Origin: Nitrospirales bacterium
Lineage (GTDB): Bacteria; Nitrospirota; Nitrospiria; Nitrospirales; UBA8639
Assembly (NCBI GenBank): GCA_965203295.1
Contig: CBDBCZ010000017.1
Location: 2,144,001 to 2,208,000 of the forward strand
Direction of reading: 5' to 3'
DNA: 64,000 bases
Shown here: piece after piece, positions 25,716-38,253 of the stretch
Numbering within the stretch: position 1 is the first letter of the stretch
Layout: the number at the start of each line of letters is the position of its first letter
Notes under the pieces: generated by a model
What the model saw: the letters and a program-made list of their open reading frames with translations, nothing else
Databases searched by the model: none
Told to the model about the DNA's origin: nothing
Made by a program: the position numbers and the translations under genes

Positions 25716-27773
25716 CCAAAAAGTGCAAAAACCAGTCATGTAGGGATGCTCTACCAGCAAAAAACACTTCCCCAAAAAGCTACGAAACAAGCGACAATGC
25801 ACACCGGAAGGCATGCACAGACTACCCACACATCACAGCGCGATGCATTCACCGCGTACCTACCATCCCTACATCTTTCCAACCACACCCCTCCAATGAT
25901 ATCTATGTGAGATGGGAATAGTGGTAGTGTCTGTGTGTATATGTGCTGCTAATGAGTGAGTGTGTTGGCGCATGGTAGGTGAAAGTGTTGATTGTGTAGA
26001 TATTGGACAAGTGAGTGGTTGAGGGTGGTGTTTGTATAGGGTTTGGGAGTGTTTGGAGATGCATAGTTGAGTGTTGTGGTGTGAGTAGATGTTCTTTATA
26101 GGGGAGGTCGATGTGGGTGCAAGTGTTCGGTAAATGGGAGTTGTGGAGTTAAATGTGGTGTGTTGTTCGTATTGGGTGAAGGTTTGTTGCGTTGATATTC
26201 ATTGGGAGTGTTGCGTGTTGTGGATATTACTCTGGTTGGTTTATGCTTTGTGAGTGGGATTTATGGAGCAGAGTGGGTTTTGATGGGAGTAGTGTTGCTA
26301 TGGAGATCTGGGTTGGCTGTAGCGTGGGGCGTTGTGTTTGGAAAGTATGCAATCGTTGTGGATTTGGATGTGAGGGTGGTTGTGGTATCACGATTGAGGA
26401 TGGTGATGATTGTGGATGGTGGTGTGTGTTGAGGGGTGCTGTGTATGGATGTGTGGTATGGTTTGTGATGGGTGTGGTTGGAAAGATGTAGGGATGGTAG
26501 GTACGTGGTGAATGCATCGCGCTGTGATGTGTGGGTAGTCTGTGCATGCCTTCCGGTGTGCATTGTCGCTTGTTTCGTAGCTTTTTGGGGAAGTGTTTTT
26601 TGCTGGTAGAGCATCCCTACATGACTGGTTTTTGCACTTTTTGGAAAGTGCTTTTTCTGTAACTTGTTTTGGGGCGTTTTTTTGGGGAGATGGCATGAAA
26701 GGGTTTGGAGTGTTACGGAGTGTTGATGTTATTATGAGTGGGGTTGGCCGGTAGATTTCTGAGTTTGGATTGTTTTGTGTTTGTGTACAAGGATGTACAT
26801 GTGGCGTGTTTTATTAAGAAGTGTTGTGATGCATAGTGTTGCAGATGTATAGTATGTGAACATGTTGGTACGAGTAGAATGATACTGGGTGTTGTTGAGG
26901 TCATCAGTATAAAGTGCAGAGTTGTGTTGGGTGAATTGGGTGAGAAGCGTCCTCAAATGCCTGCTTGAGGTGAACTATGGCAGCTACTTCTGTTTCAGTG
27001 ACTGTGTTGCACTCACTACTACAGTGCCATTTAACAGGCTGCTGCGGGCCATTACTGCCTTCATATTCAGAGCTGCTGATTTCATTGGCAACTACACATC
27101 TGCCATTTGTCATCAATGGGAAGTGCACAGGCTCTCTGAACATGCTGAGTCGTTGAACTAGTGCATACTGCATGCAAAGTACCTTGTAATTCCAAGAAGA
27201 TCAGCAAACACACGAATTTCCGGCACATTTGCATGAGAAAAGGACTGAACAGCACAATCCAAGGTAGGCTTTAAATAGACCACTGAACACGCGCTGGCAG
27301 GCATTTTGCGCATGCGTATCCTACAGTAAAATGGCGCGTGAGTGGTAAGCGTCCATTCGAGAGTGCTCGTTATCACTGCCAGACGAAATCGAGTTCTTTG
27401 AAAACGCTATGCCCAAAAGGCACTACCCGAGGGTTAATCATGCCCGTTCGTGTTGGAATCTTTTTAATCGCTCCACCCGTTATTGCACTAGCCTGGCTGA
27501 AAGAAGAAGAACCAGAATTATATGACGAAGACGAACAAGATGGACTATAATGCGGTTTTAACCACTTGCCGCTTTGGTACTTCAGAGGTCTTCTTTAGCA
27601 GAGCTAACAGTCTGGTTAGTGATGACAGCGCTCGACAATAACTGGTAGGGCTCATAGTAGCCCTAGACTACACCTACAGCAGAGTTTTGAACATGTCATT
27701 TTGTACGCATTTAATGGGGAAGCCATTTTTTTCCAGGGCCATCCCTACATATGGAGTACTACCGTACTCCATG
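25716..27773. mobile_element. Unclassified ~2.06 kb insertion, copy B only
   Basis: Absent from A and C (actgtatagagcg is intact at 49141). Strongly G/T-skewed block, an ~175-bp internal inverted repeat, decayed coding-like sequence at 26904-27376 (minus) and terminal hairpin ggagtac-tacc-gtactcc. Confidence 0.6.
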
Positions 27774-29580
27774 ATAGAGCGTAAATTTAGTGGGTCATTA
27801 ATTTCACGAATTTCGCGAATTTGGAACGATTCGCAAAAATTATTTCAACAAAATTTTGTATACTTCTGCTAGTATGCATAGATAGATAGTAGAGTGCATG
27901 TGCCTATGTTTTTGGTATTTCAAGAGCGTGGATGGGCAGTAGTATCCGGGGTCCAAGTTGCCAGAGCGCTCTCAAAACAAGTACCCTCGTTCGCGATTTC
28001 TGCGGCAAACAGCGAAGTCGCTGTACTTCAGCTGTCTGCCTGCGCGAAGGTCAGGAGAGCATACCTGAAAATGAGCGCGAAGAAGGCTGAAATTGGAAAA
28101 TGAGCGGCGGAGCGTGGAGTGCTAGCCACCATTCACTACTTAAGCTTCCTTTAAATCTGTGCACATAGTAACTCAGGCACGCTCTGCCTATAAATTTATT
28201 AGTACGTAGGTGTGGCGAACGAACTCGTGAAATTATTTTAACGAAATGTTCAAAAACGGCTATTCGCGAATTTTTAGACCCACCAAATTTAATTGCTATA
28301 CAGTAGAGTATGACAAGAATTTGGCTACCAATATTAATGTAAACTACCAAACTGTCATTTGTCTATATTGCTACACAATCTGAAAGCGTAAATTTAGGAA
28401 GATCCCCATTTTGTGGGTGGTATTGTCATAGTGAGCTCTTACTGTCACCATTTGATGGGCCTTCCCCGTGCAGTTTACAATAATTTACCAAGGATAGGAT
28501 AGTATAGCAACTCAGCTTAAAGGTGTAATGTCAGAGCTGACATTGACCCCCACCTGGCTACTCTTCAGTGGAAATGGTCAATGTCAGAGCTGACATTGAC
28601 CATTTCCACTGAAGAGTAGCCAGGCGGGGCTGGAACACACCTCAGCCAAAAGGCTCTATGTATGGGCACCTAGCGCTCTGAAGTGAATATGGGTCTCTCC
28701 TATAAAGAAGGCATAATTAAACTAATTATAAGTTTCATAAGAAACAATGCCCCCCCTTCCGAGAAAAGTAAAGCAAGGCCCCGGCAGCCAGACAACCAGT
28801 ACACGCTGTGTGATGGGTGGGGTATGTGTTGCTCCAGCAGGCTGTTGCTGGGTCCTCAGGGAGGAGGAGGAGGAGGAGGTTCCACTGACGCCTCAGACCT
28901 CTCCTGGCATGCATAGATAGATAGTAGAGTGCATGTGCCTATGTTTTTGGTATTCCAAGAGCGTGGATGGGCAGTAGTATCCGGGGTCCAAGTTGCCAGA
29001 GCGCTCTCCAAACAAGTGCCCTCTCCTGGAATATTATTATAATATCTGATTCAGGACAGCTGCAGTCAGCAGAGCTATAGAGTAGAACTCCTCCAAATCA
29101 GGAGTCCCGGGCTCGGACAGGACTGATGTACTTATACTGCTAGTGCTAGGGGATGCTTCGATATCTCAGCAAGTCACAATAGCCTGCAGATGATCAATAT
29201 AGTCACTGATACATCACGGGTACTGACACCACTGGTTAATTTCTACCAAGAGGGTGTACTTTGAGAACCAAACTGAGTATATATAGTAACCAAACTCTCT
29301 CAGTCTCTACAAAACGTAGCTAGCTCGTGCAATCTCACTTGCTAACTCCAATAAGGTTTGCTCATGCTCTCCCCACAATGCTTTGCATTTACCTAGTATA
29401 CACATACCACCAAAGTTGAATAACATCACCACTAGAATCAATGGTATTAGGGAATTGGATCTGTCTTTAGCACAATGATATAAAACATGGTGCTTTTACC
29501 AAGGGTGGCTTGCTGCACTCCAAGGCTGTTGTTTGTAAAGCTATGAGCATTTGAAAACAGCTGATGTAGTAATATACATA

Positions 29581-30143
29581 CCGTAGACTCGGGTTGTTAA
29601 GCGCACCTTTCTTATAAGCGCATACTTTTTTATAAGCGCATACTTACTTCCTGGTTTTTAATACTTGCTGTTAAGCGCATGTGTGTGCCTGATTAAACTT
29701 TGAACTTTGAGCAATTTAAGCACGAGATCGAGATCGCGGCGTGCTATAGTATTGCCGAGTGTTTCACTGGAGAGTCTCACGATGGCTACTGCTGCTGGTG
29801 CTTCTGTCCTTCCCTCGAACGGATCGGGAAAGGCTAAGAGGAAAAGCTATGCAAGAGAGTTCAAGCTGACTGTTGTCAACCACTATCGTGACCACAATAT
29901 TTTGTACCAGGCGTCCAATCGTTGAACGCGAAGACGATTTTGTACGCGTGGTGCCTTCGAATGATGCTTTCGTGAATCAAGATCGTGTCTTCCCCCCTTG
30001 CCATGATAGCTAGCTAGCCATAGATCGAGATGCGACAAGTGGGCGGGACTAATGGGCGGTGCTAGAAATCGCTCTTTTATAAGCGCATATTTCCTTGCCG
30101 CTCAGACTTATAAGCGCATGCGCTTAATAACCCGAGTCTACGG
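29581..30143 (+). mobile_element. pogo-like non-autonomous element with a Brinker-type DNA-binding-domain remnant
   Basis: TIR CCGTAGACTCGGGTT(G/A)TTAAGCGCA with TA flanks; ORF remnant KAKRKSYAREFKLTVV; absent in copy A (~9240). Confidence 0.8.
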
Positions 30144-30214
30144 TACCTTGAAGCACTGTGTGCTCCTGTGACCTACACTGGAACAGTACATTCATATTGC
30201 AGTGAGCTATATAT

Positions 30215-30270
30215 AAGCCCTTTAATTAGGCCTCCCAAAAATTCTGGTAACCAAAAGATTGAACATGAGC
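30215..30270 (-). ncRNA. Putative Sm-class small RNA, cassette L3 copy B
   Basis: GCTCATGTTCAATCTTTTGGTTACCAG-AATTTTTGG + hairpin. TATA 30294-30300, PSE-like 30309-30330, ATTCATGCA 30352-30360. Confidence 0.6.
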
Positions 30271-31112
30271 AAACAACTACATGCAGCTCCTCCTTATAAA
30301 GGCAGCATTGCTTAAAACACTTGTGGGTTTGTCAGTAATTAGTAATTAAGGTGCATGAATAATGTTATACCTGTCAAGGCTAATATTAAGCAGATTCTTC
30401 CTCTACGTCAAGCGTGCTACTGCAACAGTGAGGTGCTTGGCAGCACACCTCATTACATGGATTTAGTTGTGCTGGCCGACCAACATAAACTTTGGTCTCT
30501 ATTTTTGATTATAGTGATAGCCCAAAGGTTTTATGACTTCTGCAAGACACCAAACTTGAAAAATCGCCTAAATCAGCATCTCTAATTATTTCGAGAGCTG
30601 GTTTAAAAAATGGACAAGCAAGGTACATGTACCTTAAAATATTCCCTTCTAATCAATGATGAGTCACTCCAGGTCTCAGTTCTCACTCACTCCCGGCTTT
30701 AGGTCCTAAGGCGGAAAAGGGGGGGTGGCCAGATCATTTGGGAGCATTTAATTACAGAATCTTTGCAATGGAGAGAATCTATAAAGGTAGTACTGCTCAA
30801 AAACACTTATGGGCTTTAGAAAGCCTCCTAATTAAGATGTATAAATACCCTTGCATCTATCCCGTATGAAGGCGGCAACTCTGGTCAATCTAATGTGAAT
30901 TTCCAAATATTTTTACATTGCACATGTGCTATTGGATTCTGTTATCCACTTCTAGCAGGTAATTTAGACATTAAAGAGCGAAAAAGCTCAATTTTTGACT
31001 GGACAGATAGCCCCCGCCCCCCCCCGCCTAATTATGCAGGCAACTAAAAATACAGCACTGTGTACTCCACACTGCAACAGTACAGTCACCTTTCAATCTC
31101 ATTAACAGTTGT

Positions 31113-31163
31113 AGGCCCTTTAATTAGGCCTTCCAAAAATTGTATATCCCACACAACAAAGAA
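31113..31163 (-). ncRNA. Putative Sm-class small RNA, cassette L5 copy B
   Basis: As L5 copy A; TATA-like TGTATAAG. Confidence 0.55.
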
Positions 31164-32726
31164 CATTGTTACATGCAACTCCCATCTTATACAGGCAGCA
31201 TTGCTCAAAACACTTGTGGGGTTGTCAATAGCTAGCAATTAAGTTGCATGAATACAGTTATATCTGCCAATAAGCCTGGAGTGCATCATTGTTCAGTCAA
31301 GTGTACTAGTCAACCCTCGGCGCGTGAGCGCGTGCGAGGGGTAATTACGGTAGTCGTTTTGCATGTATGTTTCAACTGGCTTTGTCCCACCGAAATGTGA
31401 AGAACACGTTGTCCAGTTGTCCAGCTGAAGGTGCTGAATTTAGGCAATCGATACTGTCTCGAGGATAGATGTGCGATTTTGTACAAGCTGTAGTTGCTGA
31501 GATACACCAACACTTGCGTTCTTGCTGCTACGAGCGGCCGGCCATTTAATAACGCGTTACTGCAAGTAATTAAGGCCACGCCATATTGTGCGTTATTTAG
31601 ATATCTACACATTCCCCACGCGGTGGATTTCGGTTTGAATCTCTTTGAATCGTGTTCTGTGATTGTCTTGCACTTGAAGTGCCGTGAGCTATTGATACTT
31701 TGGTCCTTGTATTTACATGGTATAATGCTGCAAAAGTTTGCCCAAAGTGTCTTGCTCCCTGACTCCTGGGCTGCAGCTCTGTACGTGTCTCATGTTACTG
31801 CCAGCCTAGGTCTCGCTCAATGCTTGCGCCAGTTGCCACAGGGTTCGGCCAAAACATTTAGCTTAATAGGTTATTAGAGGGAGACCTCTAACACTCTATG
31901 TTAGAGCGAGACATTAATCAAGATTTCATTGTCGACCACTTCTTAGGACGAGGTAAGTAATGTTGTGGCGTGGTAGTTGAATCTGAGCTAGTGTATGTAC
32001 GGTCTTGAAAAACTAACAAAACAAGTTAGCATCAGCACCACATTACACAGAAAAGATCAATGAAGAGCAAGTCAGGATGAGATCCCTAAAAATAAGATAA
32101 GAACTAGAAGTCTCTAGCAGAAACATATCCCACACTCCTGAACTCTGCAGACTGGAAACGGCATGTGGCCCCGTATACCGTGCTCGTGTAACGCCGTATA
32201 CGAGTGGTAAGCGTGACTGATATAGTAATGACATGGGTGCTTCTCTACGTATACTCTAGTATGGACACGTGTCAAGAGTCTGCATATGCTGGCCTCGGTC
32301 ATATTCAAAATCTTGTTCATACTAAAATGGCGGACCTTACCGATGTTGAATAAGAAAAAGTCGGACATACGGAGACAAGAATCGTTTTGGTTATTGTCAG
32401 GGACACACTCGTTGGATTTCAATTATTACATCCTGCTTTGTGATTATTATAGCATCTCAATCTCCCGTTCGAAAGTTGTTTTTTTTTATGACAGATGATG
32501 ACGACAGATGGACAAAACCGAATACTTAACCCCACTCACGTATACGCGGCACAGGGTAATGACACAACAGAACTTTCATGGATTACCACTACCATCCCTA
32601 CAACCTGCCAACAGCACAGCACACACACACCACAAGCATGCTAACATCTGTATGGAAAATTCCAACAGTGCCACTACATGCAGTGTAGCCACTGGAGACT
32701 ACATAAACAGGTTAGGTGCCACATAT

Positions 32727-32784
32727 AGGCCCATCACAGGCCCCCAAAAATTGTAAGAGTTCAAATTATATTGGAGCAGGAACA
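32727..32784 (-). ncRNA. Putative Sm-class small RNA, cassette L6 copy B (TATA box split by the Ngaro insertion)
   Basis: As L6 copy A; the rest of the promoter resumes at 38692. Confidence 0.5.
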
Positions 32785-33824
32785 GAACAAGGAGCCAGGT
32801 TTCCTCCTTATTTAACCTAGCGTCGCCTGGGGAACCTACTCCTACGTACCTAGGCATGCTCACTGGCATTGTGGGATGGGTCATTGGGTCATCCTCCTAG
32901 CACACCCCTGCCGCCGCCACCCCTAACCCTGGATAGCCAGGTGGCCCCTTCTATACCTTCCTGGCCGTCCCTGGTTCCATACCCTTGGGGGGCGGGGTGT
33001 GGGGGTCCTCGGACCCCACCCTAGGCCAGACCCGTCATGCTAGCTGACCACCGGTCAGCAAGCAGAGAAAAGAAACACCATACAAAAACAAAATAAACAA
33101 ACAACAACAACAACCAAAGGAAAAGAAAAAAAAAAAAATTAAACTAAGCTCAGAAAGCTAGTGATCTCACGGAGAGTGACTCAGAGAGGGAGTTTGCTGC
33201 TCTTTGTTGGCTGAACCATGTAACCGCAATGGCACGAGGCAGGCACTACGCTGCGCATGCGTGCCCCGGCGCCGGCCGCCCTCCCTATGCCCTGCCTCCT
33301 GGCGCCCGCCCCAGCCTCGCATGTTAACTCGGTTTAACTCCGTTAAACCCTATTTAACCTAGCGTCGCCTGGGGAACCTACTCCTACGTACCTAGGCATG
33401 CTCACTGGCATTGTGGGATGGGTCATTGGGTCATCCTCCTAGCACACCCCTGCCGCCGCCACCCCTAACCCTGGATAGCCAGGTGGCCCCTTCTATACCT
33501 TCCTGGCCGTCCCTGGTTCCATACCCTTGGGGGGCGGGGTGTGGGGGTCCTCGGACCCCACCCTAGGCCCAAGACGCAGTCGCCCCCCAAGCCGTAGAGT
33601 AAGAGTACCTGCCCCTCTCTGTTCGCAACACGAAATTCTGTGTACCTACCACTTAACCAACCATAATAGAATAAAGTGCTTCACTGAAGTGCTTCACTGA
33701 ACATATCTAAGGATTACAGGCTGAGGGTTACCAATTGACGAACAAAATTGCAATAGAGTGTGTGGACTTATATGCATCTAAGGACTACAGGCTGAGGGCT
33801 CCAACAGTTCCTGCTGTTGAACGC

Positions 33825-34802
33825 CTATACTTTGCCTGATGCAAGCGTTCGGCTGATGCCGGCCAATTGCCGCTGAGGTAAACGAACGTAGAGCTGGTAG
33901 GCCTGGCTCTTCCACCGCCCCAGCGTCTTGATGGTGTCCACTGGCACCCCACACACTGCTGCCGTAGTGGCTGCTCCAATCCTAAAGCTGTGCCCTGCGT
34001 ACATTTCTGGCTTCAGTCCTGCCTTTGCCAGGGCTTTTCGCAGGGCTGACACCAAGCCGGTCCTCGTCAAGGCCTGGCCATCCTTGAACCGAAACAGAGG
34101 GCCCTCCCCCGGTCCTCGCATGACCAAGTAAGACAGGAGGGCACCTACTGGGCACAGCACCGTATCCGTTCTCCCTAAGAAGATGGTAACCCCGAGCCTA
34201 AAGGGGTCCGTCTTTGACTGTTTAATGCGGACCGACATGGTCTTTGGGCTCGATGGGCTGTCCACGGCAATATCCGAAAATGACAAGTGCTGACCTGGGT
34301 CAAACTTCCCGTCCTCGGGGGCAGTCATTTCCCCTGACCTCAGAAAGCCGAAAAAACCGAGGCAGCACGCTGCCCACAGCATAATGTGGTCCCAGTTGGC
34401 AGGCTGATGGTTCCATACCTGATGCAGCTTCATTAACACTGCCGGTGTAATTGGCAGGCGAGGTCGCGTCATGAGTCCTAACTGTTCCTTTTTGGCACCT
34501 CGCAGGGCCAACCCTAGCTGGGGCATATTGCCCACTTTTGGGTCTCCTCCACCACCCGACACTTGGAGGTGACGAACGGCTGAGAGGTAGGACCTGATTG
34601 TCTGATGCTTCAGCCCCCGATTAACTGCAAATGCCACAAAATGAATGAGGCCCTGCTCAGTCACGGGCAGCGGAGGGGTTCCCGTCTGCTGGCAGAATGC
34701 TAGGTATTGCTTCTTGCCTGCCAGGTAGGCCCGCTGCGTTGATGGTGCCAGGCCTGCCTGCAGAAGTCTCTGAACTGTCGGGCCCAATGAAGCGAGGTCC
34801 AA
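33825..34802 (-). CDS. Tyrosine recombinase of Ngaro element 1
   Basis: Catalytic motifs FLRSGE, KQSKTD, HSFRIGAAT, LGRWKS..Y. No ATG near the start; possible in-frame acceptor before 34879. Confidence 0.95.
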   Translation of the reverse strand: MDLASLGPTVQRLLQAGLAPSTQRAYLAGKKQYLAFCQQTGTPPLPVTEQGLIHFVAFAVNRGLKHQTIRSYLSAVRHLQVSGGGGDPKVGNMPQLGLALRGAKKEQLGLMTRPRLPITPAVLMKLHQVWNHQPANWDHIMLWAACCLGFFGFLRSGEMTAPEDGKFDPGQHLSFSDIAVDSPSSPKTMSVRIKQSKTDPFRLGVTIFLGRTDTVLCPVGALLSYLVMRGPGEGPLFRFKDGQALTRTGLVSALRKALAKAGLKPEMYAGHSFRIGAATTAAVCGVPVDTIKTLGRWKSQAYQLYVRLPQRQLAGISRTLASGKV

Positions 34803-36511
34803 TCGAGTTGCTCCCCCACCAGCAGATCCACCAGCCGTTGTGAGATGGGCGAGGGATCGTGAGCTGCATCCGGGACCACCTGCAGGAAACGGGGGAGATC
34901 ATTTCTCGATAGCGCGTCTGCCGCCACATTGTCCACCCCGGGTATATGGGTCGCTCGGATCTGTACATGGAAGTGAGCAGCCAAGAAGAACAAGCACCGC
35001 AGCAGGTGCATTATGGTGTTATCTCGGGACCGGCCCGAGTTGACCACCATGACCACCGCCATATTGTCACAGTGGCACTCCACCCGTCGCCCCGCCCAGT
35101 GCGCCCCCCACACTGCCACCGCAAACAGAATTGGGAGGAGCTCCTTTGGTGAGATTGGCCAGGATGGGGTGGGCCCCGCCCATTCCCATTGTAACCACCA
35201 TGCACCCCAGCGGGCTCCACAGCCCCAGGTTCCCGACGCATCAGTTTCCAAGTGGATCACCGGCATTACAGGTTTTGGCATCATGGAGACTCCATTCCAC
35301 CCTTCCATGAACAGCAGCCACCACATCAAGTCCGAACGGGTGGATGCATTCAGGCGAATCCAACGGTCTCGAGTCTGAACTGTGGACAGCAGCTCGATCA
35401 GGCGGCGAACGAATGTGCGGCCTGGGCGTACCACTGTGGCTGCATGTTGTAGGTGGCCCAACAGCGATTCCAGTTCCCTTTTCTTGCATGCCTTCTTGCC
35501 CATCCACTCCTGGACCATGGCCAAGGTACGCCGCAGCTTCTCTTCCGGCAACCTCACCACCATTCGGTTTGAGTCTAGCTCGAAGCCCAGGAACACCATC
35601 GCCGCTGTTGGGCCCGCACACTTTTCCTGGGCCACTGGGACCCCCAGCTGGCGGCACACTGATAGCATGCGGTCCAGGTTGGAGCGGCACTCTTCACTGT
35701 TCGGCGCCCCCATCGTGATGAAGTCATCCAAGTAGTGCTCGACCCAGGTCACCCCCCTTCTCTGGAACGACCACTGCAGAGCATCCGCCACCGCTGAGAA
35801 TATCTTTGGGGCTGATCTCAGGCCAAACGGCAGCCGGGTATCGAAGAAGACCTCTCCCTTCCACTGCATACCCAGCAGTGGTCTGTCGCCAGGGTGAACA
35901 GGGACCATGCGGTACGCGCTTTCAATGTCCATCTTTGCGAGTAGCGCCCCTTGGCCTGCGCTGGCTATCCGCTCTACCACATCATCCAGTCGGAGGTATT
36001 GGAGGGAGCACAGTTCGGGCTCAATCCCCCCATTAACACTTTTTCCTTCTGGGCTTGAGAGGTCCACAATCAGCCTCCATTTCCCTGGCTGACTGGTCTT
36101 TGGGATCACTCCAAAGGGGCTCAGTTGGGTGCCCCTTGGGGTTCGGTCAGGGGTAACTGGGCCGACGATGCGACCCAAAGCCAGCTCCTTGTCCAAGTAG
36201 GCTTGTACCACTTCGGCGTTCTCGTTCGCTGACCGCATGTTGGATGTCGCCGGCCGACATGAGCAGTTGCTGTAGTTGAACCCAATACGGAAGCCCCGGG
36301 TAATCCCTGCCAGGATATAGTCCCGAAAGTCTCTGTCCGGGTGGTCTTCCAGCTCCCTTGCCCATTCCTGCTGCACCAGTGGGGAGGACACCACCTGCAG
36401 CCAGACCGGAACGGGTCCCCTATTGACCCTCCGATCGAATTCCAGGAGGTGCGGAGTGTATGGGTAGGGGGCACTACCTACATGGCAAATAGGGGCACCG
36501 AACATTAACAC
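34700..36511 (-). CDS. Reverse transcriptase / RNase H of Ngaro element 1
   Basis: KWRLIVDLS, KMDIESAY, LPFGLRSAP, HYLDDF; RNase H TDAS...KEL...HCDN...NVAADALSR. Confidence 0.95.
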   Translation of the reverse strand: MLMFGAPICHVGSAPYPYTPHLLEFDRRVNRGPVPVWLQVVSSPLVQQEWARELEDHPDRDFRDYILAGITRGFRIGFNYSNCSCRPATSNMRSANENAEVVQAYLDKELALGRIVGPVTPDRTPRGTQLSPFGVIPKTSQPGKWRLIVDLSSPEGKSVNGGIEPELCSLQYLRLDDVVERIASAGQGALLAKMDIESAYRMVPVHPGDRPLLGMQWKGEVFFDTRLPFGLRSAPKIFSAVADALQWSFQRRGVTWVEHYLDDFITMGAPNSEECRSNLDRMLSVCRQLGVPVAQEKCAGPTAAMVFLGFELDSNRMVVRLPEEKLRRTLAMVQEWMGKKACKKRELESLLGHLQHAATVVRPGRTFVRRLIELLSTVQTRDRWIRLNASTRSDLMWWLLFMEGWNGVSMMPKPVMPVIHLETDASGTWGCGARWGAWWLQWEWAGPTPSWPISPKELLPILFAVAVWGAHWAGRRVECHCDNMAVVMVVNSGRSRDNTIMHLLRCLFFLAAHFHVQIRATHIPGVDNVAADALSRNDLPRFLQVVPDAAHDPSPISQRLVDLLVGEQLDWTSLHWARQFRDFCRQAWHHQRSGPTWQARSNT

Positions 36512-36830
36512 TGAGCCCTATTTAACCCGCTCACTATCCCTGTGCTGCCCCCTTACTCTGAAGGCCCTGCCGCCTTACCTAGCCCCGCCTCTTGCCCACC
36601 CCTTGGGCTAAGAGGTGGGCTCCCCTGGCAGCCCCGCCATCCATCCTCCCGTATGCCACCCGCTTCGACGCTACCAACATGCAACTCTTTGGAGCAAGTA
36701 TTGGTCGAAATGACATGAATGTTTCTACCAAAACACACAGGTAAACACAAACTGGGTACATAGGCAATTTCTCGCCCCTAACTCAATGGTGCGCCTGTTG
36801 CGCTGGGTCTCTTGCCCCCCCACCGCCTGT

Positions 36831-37864
36831 TCAGCGTTGATATGTGCTGCGATCTTGTGGGGGCCTGGGTGGTAGAGGACACATTGGCCGCCCATGTTCA
36901 TTCTCCACTCCGCAGTTTGAGCAGCGGTGGATGTAGGCACATTCCTTCCCGAACGGGCAGCCACCCAGTGCCTTGTTGAACCAGCGGCAGGCTCCTGATT
37001 TCTTGTCCTTCTTGGCTGGCGGCCCACCACTGGCCGGGGCTTTCGCTGCCATGCTGTCCATTGGCCGCCCACCTTTTCCCAGCACTGATGGTGGCCTCCC
37101 AATAGGTGGCTGGGTTATTGGCGGCAGGAAGTGAGGCTGGTCTTGCTTCGGCGGCGGTGGACCGGCCTGCTCAGCTAGGTCGAAGGGGTCCTGGGCCCTG
37201 CTGGGACCCGGAAGACAGGCGATGTACTGCCAGGGATCCCCACTCGTCCACTCACGGCCCTCCCTGGCTGCCATTTCCATCCGAAACTGGATGTCATACT
37301 CCAGCCATGACATGCTCTCTGGGGCCTTCTGCTGAAGCTTGAGCACTGTGTGCAGGTGGGCCACCATGCACGGAATCATGTCCGTTTTCTTCTTGGCCAT
37401 GACTGCGATGTACAGGGTGAAACACCTGATCCACGTTGAGATGGCCTGGACGCGCCGCTGCGATTTCTGGCTTTGGATCGCTTGGAATTGGTTGAGGGCC
37501 CCGACCAGGCTGTCCTGTAGCGACAGTGCTGGCTTCCCCTGCTCAGCCAGGCGGAGAGACCGGGGAGCCGGCAAGAATTCTTCCATTTCGATGAATTCAA
37601 GGTTCCAGGCCTTCTCCACCAGTTTCATGGGGAGAGTTGGGAGACCTTTCTCCACCAGGTAGCGCAGTGGCTTCCCTTCTGCCTTCTCTTTCGGGTCCGC
37701 TGTCAGTGGGAGTGCCGTCAGGAAGGGGAGGATGGAGGCAAACGGAGTCAGTGCTGCCGCGTTCTCCGTCTGCTGTTGCCCACCCCCCGTCTCGGTCGGG
37801 AATGCCGCTAGCAGCAGGTTCTGTAGCGCCTCCGCTGATGGTAACGCTCCCAGAGGCGTGACAC
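36831..37864 (-). CDS. gag-like ORF, predicted exon 2, with C-terminal Cys/His zinc-finger region
   Basis: Frame is open from acceptor tttcag|G (37864) through the listed ORF 36831-37655; CRWFN...CPFGKECAYIHRCSNC...H...CP. Confidence 0.8.
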
Positions 37865-38253
37865 CTGAAACCGAACAGCGAATGTGCGGGTCAGACTAAG
37901 CCCTGTGCCATCCCCCTTGACTGGAGGCTCCCTGCTCGGTCCTGCCCGGCCCCCCGCCGCTTGGCCAGTGCTGACGTGCTGGCTGCTCCCCAGGCCCCCG
38001 GCCCTCGTCTCTGGCCCCTGCGACCCATGCCGGCTGGCCTGTTCACTACTCCCTCCATGGAGCTCGGCCCCTCCTCCCGTTGCGCGGCCCCGCCCCGCCC
38101 CGCCGCCGCCGCTGCGCGCCTGGCCGGCTGGTTGCGCCCTGGGCCCCGACCCCTGTCCCTGGCCCCCCGCGCCCGAGCCCGCCGACCCCTGTGCGCCCTG
38201 GTCGGCCTGCTGCCCGACCCTCCATGCTCGCGGCCCTTCCATCCCCGGCTCAC

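Noticed and set aside
26192..26956. His/Thr/Pro- or Val/Gly-rich ORFs
   Set aside because: Products of G/T-skewed low-complexity sequence.
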